DNA from: Mobula hypostoma
Lineage: Eukaryota
Direction of reading: 5' to 3'
Length of the DNA stretch: 64,000 nt
Assembly (NCBI RefSeq): GCF_963921235.1
Contig: NC_086106.1
Coordinates: 21,762,001-21,826,000 of the forward strand
Both the position numbers and the translations under genes were made by a program. The notes beneath the pieces were generated by a model, which did no database searches, had not been told where the DNA came from, and was given only the letters and a program-made list of their open reading frames with translations. Of this stretch, positions 1 to 11,660 are shown one piece after another; the first letter of the stretch is position 1, and every line of letters begins with the position of its first letter.

Positions 1-612
1 AGTGGAACAGAGGGATCTGGGAATACAGATACAAAATTCCCTAAAAGTGTCGTCACAGGTAGATAGGGTCGTAAAGAGAGATTTTGGTACATTGGCCTTT
101 ATTAAGCAAAGTATTGAGTATAAGAGCTGGAATGTGATGATGAGCTTGTATAAGGCATTGGTGAGGCCGAATCTGGAGTATTGTGTTCAGTTTTGGTCAC
201 CAAATTACAGGAAGGATATAAATAAGGTTGAAAGAGTGCAGAGAAGGTTTATACGGATGTTGCCGGGACTTGAGAAACTCAGTTACAGAGAAAGGTTAAA
301 TAGGCAAGGGGAGAAAAAAAAAACAGAGGACATGGGTTAAGGGTGAGTGCTGAAATGTTTAAAGGAACATTGGGGGGGGGGGCTTCTGCACGCAGAGAGT
401 GGTGGGAGTATGGAGTGAGCTGCCAGACGAGGTGGTAAATGCGGGTTGTTTTTTTTTAACATTTAAGAATAAATTGGACAGATACATAGATGGGAGGTGT
501 ATGGAGGGATATGGTACGGGTGCAGTTCAGTGGGACTAGGCAGAAAATGGTTCGGCACAGTCAAGCAGGGCCAAAAGGCCTGTTTCTGTGCTGTAGTTTC
601 TATGGTTCTATG
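1..612 (+). mobile_element. CR1 LINE, 3' end (RT C-terminus and 3'UTR)
   Basis: ORF 2..340 has LYKALVRPNLEYCVQFWSP, typical of CR1 ORF2 C-terminus; ends in TTTCTATGGTTCTATG tail; same family as 6637-7356. Confidence 0.9.
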
Positions 613-849
613 TATGCGTATTTCCAGGTAATACACACTTCTGTCCTGTTAAACCCACGCGGTTGAGACCGCTTTCCCACCCCACAACCAGTTTGCGTGG
701 AGCCTATGCAATTTTCTACCTTTTAAAAACTCATGGCCAAGAAATAACAGAGAGCTCACTGCATAGGATTAAAGGAATTACAGTTATGGAACTTTGATAA
801 AGAATTGGTAAAGAAAATAAATATAAAATTCATAAATAGCTCATTATAA

Positions 850-2520
850 TGTGAGAGAAAAACAAACAAACAAAAAAACAACTGGTGTTCAACTGTTTAC
901 AAAATTAATACTCACCGATCCTCAGTCGATCTCGGCGCCTTGCTATGTCCAGTCATGGCCTCCTACCAGCTCGAATAAGTGGAAACGTTTCCCAGTATGT
1001 TACATTCTACCCCTTCCAAAAAGATATTCATGTCCTCATGACGTTGAGATAATTTTCCACACCTTCATACAAAAGCCTCAACTAGTTCACAGGATTTTTT
1101 TCAGTTCCGCTCTCAGAAGAACACACACTTCAGAAAGTCCTAGTTCTTCACCGCACTTCCTAAAACAGAGGTCAAGGTGCAATCGCGCTTCGCTGCCAAA
1201 TATAACATAATTCGAGAACAGGGTGTCTTTATTCTGTGCATAATAGTAGCAGTTGACCAAATGCTCATTATGCTAACTCCGGGTATTCTTTTTTTACTGA
1301 TCTCCAAGGTTCCATGCACGTCGAGGAAGGTCCAAGTAAGCCTGTCGGGCCAAGAATCACCCTATGGATCATAATCCGTAGTGCTCGACTTCTCGACGCC
1401 AAATATGCTCAGTATCACACATAAAAGCCTACTCTTCAAATCCGTGCCTGATCACCATGTATCTGTCTAGTAAATCCGGAATAAACGGAATACTTCTCCC
1501 GTAACACGTTAGCCTCTCTGGCCGCCCTTTGATCTAGTGTAGGGAAGGTTTCCGCGTATTAACTGCAGTGGTCAGTAAAAACAGAGACATTCGCCATATT
1601 TTTGGTATCAGGCTATATTGGTTGGAAATTGATACACACCAGATCCTATCTGCTAGCGGGCAAACAGACCGGCCCACGCACGTAGCGTTTTTTTTCCACT
1701 GTATACATCGAGTGCACTGCTTCCGGTCCTCTTCAAAAATCCGGCTCACTCGTAGCCAGTAGAACCGATCCCTGAGCAATGCATAGGTCTCGTCAACCCG
1801 CAAGTGACCAGAAAGATCATTACGGACTTCCACATAATCCTATGATACTTTTCAGGGAGAACGGGCTGGCAATGTCGAGCCCAATATGGAGGCGATGTGA
1901 ACCAGAGTATAATATTTTTCCTCAACTCCAGTTTGATCTTTTCTCTCAAGAGCAGCCACACGGCAGAGTGTTTCATATTGACCGATTGGAGTACGTCCCT
2001 TTTCGCCACCGCTGACCAAACAGTTGCCATGCAAGGATCATCTTGCTGAACGGCTGCCACTTCTCCCGGGCACAATTCACGAAACTGCGTTGTCCTCAAA
2101 GCAGTCAGGTTGCTGGAAGTTTGTGGAATGGCGCCATCAGGATCTCCCAGATGGTCTACCAGTCGATTATTCCGTTGCCTTTCCTGTGTCTTCCTCCTGA
2201 TGGAACATTGGCACTTGGCTTTGACTTCAGGGGTCGGAACTTTCCCTCACGCACTGTCCCTCTCCAGCACTTCATACGCACATCGTTACAAAATATCGGC
2301 ACCAACTTTCCACTTCCGTTGCTGCTATTTCAGGCTGAAATCATAGGCCGGCAACGCCTGCGTCCAGCAATAGGCGGTGCAATGCAATTTCCCGGAGGTC
2401 ACGGTATAAGTTACCGAGTTGTTGTCCGTTCTCACCCGAAACTTGACAGCATCGAGCTAATCACTTAGCATATCGACCACAGGCTACTTCAATGCCCGAA
2501 TGGCTAAGACAATCTTTACC
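850..2520 (-). mobile_element. Ty3/Gypsy pol remnant (RNase H then integrase), decayed
   Basis: Minus-strand peptides: VRTDNNSVTY (RNase H, cf. VRTDNNPLTY) near 2400-2440; GHLRVDETYALLRDRFYW (integrase zinc-binding region, ORF 1534..1833); YVIFGSEARLHLDLCF near 1160-1210; RNH-before-INT order. Confidence 0.8.
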
Positions 2521-2559
2521 AGACTCTCTTTTCGTCCTCTCCCTTGCTTCCCCAAGGGA

Positions 2560-3545
2560 GGGTATTTGCATAGAAATAGATTTAAAGAACAACTCATTTT
2601 GGTGTCGTGCTTCACGTAGCTGTAACGTTTCAGAATGTTGCCGACTAATCTATATATAAAGGTTGAAGTAGAAGAGCCATTGTAGAGTAGAAGAGCAAAC
2701 AAAGCCTTACAAGCTCCGGCGTTGCAGTGCAAGTTATCTGCCCTTACAATCCTGCTATATGCTATTACAGGTGTATTGTTATCTAAGTGTACATGTGTAA
2801 AACGAAACGAAGCAGCAACGTTTCTCCGGACTACGTTGAACCGCCTAAAAGTTGTCACACACAAAACATAACATAAAAAAAATAAACGAATAAGTTCATT
2901 AGAAAAATTGAAAGTACATGTAGTTAGCAGCATAGGAAAGCAGTAAACAGTATACCGATCTCTGTCCCATTGACGAGTCCTCAATGGTGGCAGAGTGTCC
3001 ATTAGTCTCACAACCTGAGTGGGGAAGCGATTTCTCAGCCTGGCAATCCTTGTCCTGATAATCGCACCCCTACTTCCAACCGATCGTGATCCAAAGCGAT
3101 TATTTGCGTCTTGGACCCCTTCCCTCGACATTTTTTTAGAAAAAAATATACAATGCTCCCGGTTAATGAAATACCTAGTGGAGATGGGGAAATCGTCCTC
3201 GTCACTGTGGCTTTTGTTAAACTCAGCAGGGGCCTGCTGTCCAACGTTTTAGAGCTTTCGTTTCAGAAATGATACAGCCCGACAGGACACTTAAGATGTT
3301 GCTCTTACGGAAAGTTGTAGAATGGGGGGGGGGGGGCGAGTGGGTGGAGTCTTCCACGACTCACACTGGTCAGGCAGTGTAGACGCGGTTAAGCCTTATT
3401 GTGGGTTCAGATTACATTGTCCGTCATGTGCATAACAAGGGAAACTGTGTTCTTCACTATGTCATTCCGGGGCCATTGATTTTCCACATAGAGTGGTAGA
3501 CATATGCCTTCCTGAAGTCCACAACTAACCCTTTACTTTCACACG
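2560..3545 (-). mobile_element. Rex1/Babar-type (L2-group) LINE 3' remnant
   Basis: IRTRIARLRNRFPTQVVRLM in ORF 2484..3131 resembles the RTRTTRLKNSFFPQAVRLLN C-terminus; heavily decayed. Confidence 0.55.
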
Positions 3546-5306
3546 ATGAAAGTAAGCTTGTTCTGATAGCCAAATTGCAAACCCAGCTCCCGAATGCCCT
3601 CATTACCATCTTGGGTGACTTCAACCATGTTACCATGGGAAGAACACTGCACAACTTCACGCCGTATGTGAGCTGTACAACCAGAGGGGAGAGGACTCTG
3701 GATTTTATGTACGCTAAAGTTAAGGACGCACAAACTCCACTCCCCTCTCCCCATTTGGAAGGTCAGATCACAACCTGGTGCGTCTAAAACGTTGTTACAT
3801 GCCTCTGGTGCAGATTAAACCTGCAACTTCAGGACAATGAAAAAAAAAATGGTCGCAGGAGGCTTATAAGGTGTTCCAGGGTTGTTTTGAGGTTACAGAA
3901 TGGCAGGCACTCCGCGAGCCACATGGAGAGGATATTGTTGGGCTCACAGAGTGCATCACTTGTTACATCAACTTCTGTGTGGAGTGCAATGTTCCGACAA
4001 GAACTGCCCTTTGTTATTCAAATAACAAGCCATGGGTAACAAAGGACATTAAGGACACCCTGACCGCTAAAAAGAGGGCGTTTAAATATGGAAATAGGGA
4101 GGAGCAGAGGGAAATACAGAGGGACCTGAAAGCCAGGATCAGGGAGGCTAAATGCAGGTACAGGAGGAAGCTTGAGTGGAAACTCCAGCATAACAATATG
4201 GGAGAGGTCTGGAGGGGAATGAGGACCATCACTGGGTCCGGCAAACTGGCAACAGAGAAGCTGAAGGCAGTATGGACAGGGCCAATGAACTTAACCTGTT
4301 ATTTAACAGATTTGACATTGTGGCCACTGCCCATCCCCCACATGAGCCATCTGTTGTCGTTCACAATCAACACATATTACACTCTCCCCTCCTTCCCCTC
4401 CTTCCCCTCCTCACAGTCCCCCACCCTGCTCTCATGACTATACCCCTTCCCCACACGAAACCACCACGGTGGGCTTCACAGCTGAACAGGTGAGAAGACA
4501 GCTGAAACGTTTCAACCCAAGCAAGTCTGCAGGACCGTGTGGTGTCAGTAACCAGGGTGCTCAATGCCTGTGTCCCTCAGTTATGTGGAGTACTCCGTCA
4601 TGTATTCAACCTGTGTCTGAGTTTCCGGAGGATTTCTGTGCTGAGGAAGACGTCCTGCCTCGTCCCTGTGCTGAAGACGCCGCGCCGCAGCGGACTCAAT
4701 GACTACAGACGGGTGACATTGACTTCCTACATCATGAAGACCCAGGAGACACTGTTCTAGAGCTGCTCCGGCCTATGGTCAGGGCACACTTAGATCCCCT
4801 CCAGTTAGCCTACTAGCCCCGACTAAGAGTTGTGTATGCCATCGTCTACCTGCTGAACCGTGTCTACGCCCACCTGGACAAGCAACCAAGCACTGTGAGG
4901 GTAATGTTTTTTGATATCTCCAGTGCGTTCAACATCATCCGTCCTTTTCTGCTAGGGGAGAAGCTGACAGCGATGCAGGTGGATGCTCCCTGGTGTCATG
5001 GATTCTTGATTACCTGACTGGCAGACCACGGTACGTGCACTTGCCACACTGTGTGTCCGACAGAGTGATCAGCAGCACTGGGGCTCCACAGGGGGCTGTC
5101 TTGTCTCCCTTTCTCTTCACCATTTGCACCTCGGACTTCAACTACTGCACAGAGTCTTGTCATGTTTAGAAGTTTTCTGATGATTCGGCCATAGTTGGAT
5201 GCATCGGCAAGGGAGATGAGGCTGAATACAGGGCTACGGAAGGAAACATTGTCACATGGTGTGAGCAGGATTATCTGCAGCTTAATGTGAAAAAGTCTAA
5301 GGAGCT
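3546..5306 (+). mobile_element. Rex1/Babar-type LINE, endonuclease to RT portion (5' piece of an interrupted copy)
   Basis: GDFNH and TRGERTLD (APE endonuclease), KSAGPCGV, NDYRRVTLTS, VMFFDISSAFN, GAPQGAVLSP, KFSDD; frameshifted. Confidence 0.85.
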
Positions 5307-7356
5307 CAGGATTAAAGGGAAATTGAATAGGAATAAGGAATCTTGGTTCTCAAGGGATATTGCAACTGTAAAAAAGAAGAAGAGGGAGTTGTATGAAATT
5401 TAGAGGAAACAGGGAGTTACTCAGGTGCTTGAGGAGTAAAAAAAAACTGCAAAAAAATACTTAAGAAAGTAATCAGGAGGGCTAAAAGAAGACATGAGGT
5501 TGCCTTGCAGTCAAAGTGAAGGATAATCCAAAGAGTTTTTACAGGTATATTAAGAGCAAAAGGATTGTAGGGCATACAATTGGAACTCTTGAAGATCAGC
5601 GTGGTCGGCTATGTGCGGTACCAAAGGAAATGGGGGAATTCTTATATATATTTTTTTTGCCTCTGTATTTACTAAGGAAACTGGAGTGAAGTCTATGGAA
5701 TTGAGGGAATCAAGTAGTGAGGTAATGGAAACTGTACAGATGGAAAAGGAGGAGGTGCTTGCTGTCTTGAGGAAAATTAATGTGGATAAATCCCCGGGAC
5801 CTGACAGAATTTACCCTCGGACCTTGAAGGACACTAGTGAAGCAATTGCGGGGGCCCTAGCAGAAATATTTCAAATTTCGCTGTCTACGGGTGAGGTGCT
5901 GGAGGATTGGAGAGTGGCTCATGTTGTTCCGTTGTTTAAAAAAAAGGATCGAAAAGTAATCCGGGAAAGTATAGGCCGGTGAGTTTAACGTCGGTAGTAG
6001 GTAATTTTTGGAGGGAGTACTAAGAGACAGAATCTACAAGCATTTGGATAGACATGGACTATTTAGTGAGAGTCAACATGGCTTTGTGAATGGTAGGTCA
6101 TGTTTGTCCAATCTATTGGAGTTTTTCGAGGAGGTTACCAGGAAAGTGGATGAAGGGAAGGCAGTGGATATTGTCTACATGGATTTCAGTAAGGCCTTTG
6201 AGAAGGTCCCGCATGGGAGGTTAGTTAGGAAAATTCAGTCGCTAGGTATACATGGAGAGGTGGTAAATTGGGTTAGACATTGGCTCAATGGAAGAAGCCA
6301 AAAGTGGTGGTAGAAAATAGCTTCTCCGAGTGGAATCCTGTGACTAGTGGTGTGCCACAGGGATCAGTGCTGGGTCCATTGTTATTTGTCATCTATATCA
6401 ATGATCTGGATGATAATGCGGCAAATTGGATGAGCAATTTTCTGATGATGCAAAGATTGAAGGTGTAGTAGACAGTTAGGAAGGTTTTCAGAGCCTGCAG
6501 AGGATCTTGGACCAGTTGGAAAAATGGACTGAAAAATGGCAGATGGAGTTTAATACAGACACGTGTGAGGTTTTCCATGTTGGAAGGACAAACCAAGGTA
6601 GAACATATAGGGTTAATGATAAGGCACTGAGGAGTGCAGTAGAACAGAGGGACCTAGGAATACAGATACAAAATTCCCTAAAAGTGCGGCACAGGTAGGT
6701 AGGGTCGTAAAGAGAGCTTTTGGTACATTGGCCTTTATTAATCCAAGTATTGGGTATAAGAGCTGGAATGTTATGATGAGGTTGTATAAGGCATTGGTGA
6801 GGCCGAAACTGGAGTATTCTGTTCAGTTGTGATCACCAAATTATATGAAGGATATAAATAAGTTTGATGGAGTGCAAAGAATGTTTACAAGGATGTTGCC
6901 AGGACCTGAGAAACTCAGTTACAAAGAAAGGTTGAATAGGTTTGGACTTTACTTCCTGGAGCGTAGAAGAATGAGGGGAGATTTGATAGAGGCATATAAA
7001 ATTATGATGGGTATAGATGGAATGAATCCAAGTAGGCTTTTTCCACTGAGGCAAGGGGAGAAAAAAAACAGAAGACGTGAGTTAAGGGTGAGGCGGGTGG
7101 GGGGGGGGAGGGTTTAAAGGGAACATTGGTGGGGGCTTCTTCACACAGAGAGTGGTGGGAGTATGGAAAGAGCTGCCAGATGAGGTGGTAAATGCGCGTT
7201 CTTTATTAACTTTTAAGAATAAATTGGAAAGATACATGGATGTGAGGTGCATGGAGGGATATGGTCCGTGTGCAGGTCAGTGGGACTAGGCAGAAAATGG
7301 TTCGGCGCAGCCAAGAAGAGCCAAGAGGCCTGTTTCTGTGCTGTAGTTTCTATGGT
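5307..7356 (+). mobile_element. 5'-truncated CR1 LINE inserted into the Rex1/Babar copy
   Basis: [49 protein letters not shown]; ends CTGTAGTTTCTATGGT; host RT text resumes immediately after. Confidence 0.92.
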
Positions 7357-8030
7357 GGTAGACAGGTGACCCCAATTTCCATCCAGGGTCAGTGTGGACA
7401 TGGTGGATGATTACAGATAGCTGGGGATACGAATTGACAATAAGCTGGACTGGTCTAAGAACACTGAGGCCGTCTACAAGAAGGGTCAGAACCGTCTTTA
7501 TTTCCTGAGATCCTTTAACATCTGCCGGACGATACTGAGGATGTTCCACCAGTCTGTGGTGGCCAGTGCCACCATGTTTGCTGTTGTGTGTCGGGGTAGC
7601 AGGCTGAGGGTAGAAGACACCAAATGAATCAGCAAACTCATTCGTAAGGTCAGTGGTGTTGTGGGCAAGGAACTGCATTCTCTGACGGTAGTGTCTGAAA
7701 AGAAGATGTTCTCCAAGTTGCATGCCATCTTGGATAATGCCTCCCATCTACTACATAATGTACTGGGTAGGCACAGGAGTACACTCAGCCAGTGACTCTT
7801 TGCAACGAGATACGACACAGAGCATCATGGGAAGTCATTCCTGCCTGTGGCCATCAAACTTTATAACTCCTTTCTTAGAGGGTCAGACACCCTGAGCCAA
7901 TAGGTTGGTCCTGTACTTATTTCCTGGCATAATTTACATATTACTATTTAACTATTTATGGTTTCATTACTATTTATTATTTATCGACAGCTGCAACGAA
8001 ATTAATTTTCCCCGGGATCAATAAAGTATG
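7354..8030 (+). mobile_element. Rex1/Babar-type LINE, 3' piece with AATAAAG tail
   Basis: Continues host RT C-terminus (DNKLDWSKNTEAVYKKGQ); ends GATCAATAAAGTATGACT followed by microsatellite. Confidence 0.85.

Positions 8031-8066
<36 letters not shown>
8031..8066. repeat. (ACT)12 microsatellite at the LINE tail
   Basis: Direct reading; explains poly-Thr ORF 8028..8210. Confidence 0.95.
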
Positions 8067-8214
8067 GTACGACTACTGCTAACAACAACATTTGGCATCC
8101 TTCTCTACCTCCTCTCGGTACTCCGAATCATCATTTTTATACATTATTTCATCCGCTGCATTATCATGGGGCGATCTGCTGATGTAGTTTCACCTGGATT
8201 TGGTTTTTAATAGT

Positions 8215-8490
8215 GAATAATCAGCGTGAACAACAGCGGGCTGAGTACAGTTGCTCAGTGAGATGGAACATGAAATAGTGCTGCCTCCGAGGACTGACTG
8301 GCAACTACTGTCAAAAAGTCCAAAATCCAGTTACAGAAAATGATGTTGAATCCCAACAAGGCAGTTTACCTAAAAGCCTCTACAGGAAGTTTATATTAAA
8401 CACAGAGCTAAATTCGGTGAAAAGCCATTTGACATAGATACATCATTTTCAATGTGGGGCAGAGCGGAGTGTAGAGCAGAGGCAATAGCT
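8215..8490 (-). mobile_element. Old Rex1/L2-type RT fragment
   Basis: Minus strand encodes VLSPLLFTL near 8225-8255. Confidence 0.55.
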
Positions 8491-10119
8491 TAATCAGTGT
8501 TGTAGTATGAGCTACACAGAAACTAGATGGGGAAACTGTTGCCGAAAGGCGTGGTTTTATATGATCTGTACCCAACAGCTCAAAACATTCGTGACTGTTG
8601 ACATTAGTGCCACTAGCCTGTCGTATTTTAACGCAGTTACCATCGCGCTCTTAGGCATAGGATTAAAAGCCAATGCCCTGAAGCCTGCACCGAGAGTGAA
8701 TTTCTGCAAAGAAATAGCAAATATATCCGTAAAGACCTTTGTTACCTAGAAATGGCAGCATTAAGGCAGTTCTGCTCTCCAGCACTGCATATTTGCGTGG
8801 GTTTACCCTGACTAGGATTCTCTTCACATCGGCTGCATCCTAACAGGGTAGACGCTCAGGGTATATGCTTCTCAAGGGGAGTGGGGGCGCTGTTCGTTCC
8901 TTGGTCATTGATTGTAAAAAAAAAGAAAAAAAAAACTACAACAACAACTTTCATAGCTCACAAGGGAGGGGGCTTCGATGTAGTTGATGTGTTTTGTGGA
9001 CAATCTGTTATGGAGTGTTTACCTTGACCCATGCGCCACTACCCCCTGGTGACACAAAGATGTCTATGAATTCTCTGTGTTTACTCTCCCATTGCCTTCC
9101 TGATGGCATAGCACAGCGCTACTCCAATTGACCTCAGAGTCGTTCTATCCCACGATCTGCAGTCAACGTCCCAATATCCGCGTCTGTAACGAATCTCTAT
9201 ACTTTCATGGCTTCTGATTTGTCCTGGACTGTAAGACGATATCACTACAACGATTTCGATTTTTTTTTCAATGTAGCCATTCACTGATATTTACCTGATG
9301 ATCGTAGATAGACCCTCACTGAATATAATCCAGACCGTGATTTCGAAACAGTCCTGCAGCACTGCTCTGGCAACTTTTTGCAAGGTTTGGATCTTCCTCT
9401 AAACTGATTTGCCTTGTTTGACCGGTGGCCTTTATGCACGGATTAGCATGTGGTCTGAGTACTCGAGGTCAGGCACGGGAGACTTTAGGTTGAACGGATG
9501 ATATGATGGACAAAGTCTTATGTTGTACGATTTCGCAAATTAAATAGAAGATTCAAATGTTCAATGAAACGTGCAACACATTTTATTCAATTCAACAACC
9601 AAATTACTAAGTGTCCCAGAACACTTTACGTGAATTCGTCATCATGTCAGACCAGCTCCTTAAAGTCAGATCCAAACTCGATGCCAGTGATTCTGATAAT
9701 GGAAGTGTCTCTCAATTACGTCAGCTTCCAGCATGTTTTCTCCCAAGATACCTCCGCACATTTGTTCATGAGTCTCGTTTCGTTTACTGTAAGAATTTAC
9801 GATACATTTGATCTCCAAATAAATAATGTTTATGAATTAAAGTGACAAACGGTTTCTAACCGAACAGCAAGAGCTCCTTAAGATATCACCGTAGCTGCTG
9901 CCTCACAGTGATGCAATTATGGTATTTCCCCACATGATGAATTCACTACTATTTGACGTAAGGACTTCGATATATAGGCAGATAAAATGAGTACTAATAT
10001 CTGTAACGGAAATGAAATTTGATGCCAAATTCACATTCCTGCCAGGCTCATTCAGAAAGAAATGTGGCATTGTACCCAAGGAAAACTTCATTTGTGCATC
10101 CAAAATGGGCTTGAACACC

Positions 10120-11170
10120 GAAGGCAAAGGGTGGTTTTGGATGGTTCATATTCTGCACGGAGGAAGTGAGCAGTGGTATTCTGAAGAGATCTGTTCTGGG
10201 ACCCTTCTTCTTTGTGATTTTTAAAAATGACCTGGATGAGGATGTAGAATGATAGGTTAATAAGAGTGCTGATGGTACAAACGTTTGTGGTGCTGTGGAA
10301 AGTCTGGAAGGTTGTCAGAGGTTAAAGCGGGACATCGACAGGATGCAGAACTGGGCAGAGAAGTGGCAGATGGAGTTCAACCTAGATAAATATGAAGTGT
10401 TTCCTCGCAGTATGACAAATTTGCAGACAGAATATAATATTAATGGTAAGAATTTTGACAGTCTGGAGGATTAGCGAGACCTTGGATTCGATGTCTACTC
10501 AAAACTGCTGCGCAATTTGCCAGTGTTGTTAAGAAGCGTATGGTCTGCTGTCTTTCATCAGTCGTGGGAGTGAGTTTAAGAGCCGAGAGGTAATGTTAAA
10601 TCTATGAAAGATTTTAGTGAGACCTCACTTGCATTATTGCGTTCAGTTCTGATCACCTCATCGTAGAATGGATTTCGATATTATAGATATAGTGCAGAGA
10701 AGATGTTTAAGGATGTTGCCTTGATTGGAGAGTATGCCTTATGAGAATAGATTTAGTGAAGAACGTTCCTACTTGGACTAACGGAGGGTGAGAGGTGACC
10801 TAATAGCAGAGTAAAGTTGAAGAGAGGGCTTGATCTTGTGGATACAAAGATACTTGTACCAGGGCTAAAGTGGTTAACACGATCGGGAATGTTTTAAACT
10901 GCTTGGAAGTAGGTACAATGGGGATGAGAGAGGGAATTTTTTTCACACCGACCGTGGTGGGTGCCAGGAATGCACTACCGGCGAAGGTGGGAAAGGCGGA
11001 TACAACACGGTCTTTTGAGAAAAAAAAAAAACAACTTAGATAGGTACATGCAGCTCAGAAAAAAAAGGGCTATGCAGTAGGAAAATTCTAGGCATTTCTA
11101 GAGTGGATTACATGGTCAACACAACAGTCGGTCGAACGGGTTTGTAATGACCTGTGGTTTTCTATGTATC
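10120..11170 (+). mobile_element. Decayed CR1 3' fragment
   Basis: GSVLGPLL-like DNA at ~10190, WAEKWQMEFN at ~10350, CR1-like 3'UTR. Confidence 0.8.
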
Positions 11171-11199
11171 GATGCTTCTCGATCATGCATCAGGAAGAT

Positions 11200-11335
11200 N
11201 NNNNNNNNNNNNNNNNNNNNNNNNNNNNNNNNNNNNNNNNNNNNNNNNNNNNNNNNNNNNNNNNNNNNNNNNNNNNNNNNNNNNNNNNNNNNNNNNNNNN
11301 NNNNNNNNNNNNNNNNNNNNNNNNNNNNNNNNNNN
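11200..11335. other. Assembly gap (136 N)
   Basis: Direct reading. Confidence 1.
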
Positions 11336-11595
11336 CGTTTCTCTATTTCTCTCAATCGCTGTTTTTACTCTCTTACATACTTTCTCTTTTCTACCTTATT
11401 TTTCCTTCTGTCTCCCGGTTTATCTTCTTTTCCTCGCTGTGTCTCTCTCTATCTCCCTCTTTCCCTCCTTCTCTCTAGCTGTCTCTTTCTCTCTCTTTCT
11501 GCCTCCCTCGCCCTCTCCTCTCTCTTTCTCTCCCCTCCCTCTCCCAGTTTCACTCTTTCCCTCTCTCTCTCCAACTCTCATTCTCTTTGTCTTAA

Positions 11596-11659
<64 letters not shown>

Positions 11660-11660
11660 T
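11336..11660. repeat. Pyrimidine-rich tract ending in (CT)n microsatellite
   Basis: Direct reading; explains Leu/Ser ORFs 11147..11686 and 11154..11768. Confidence 0.95.
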
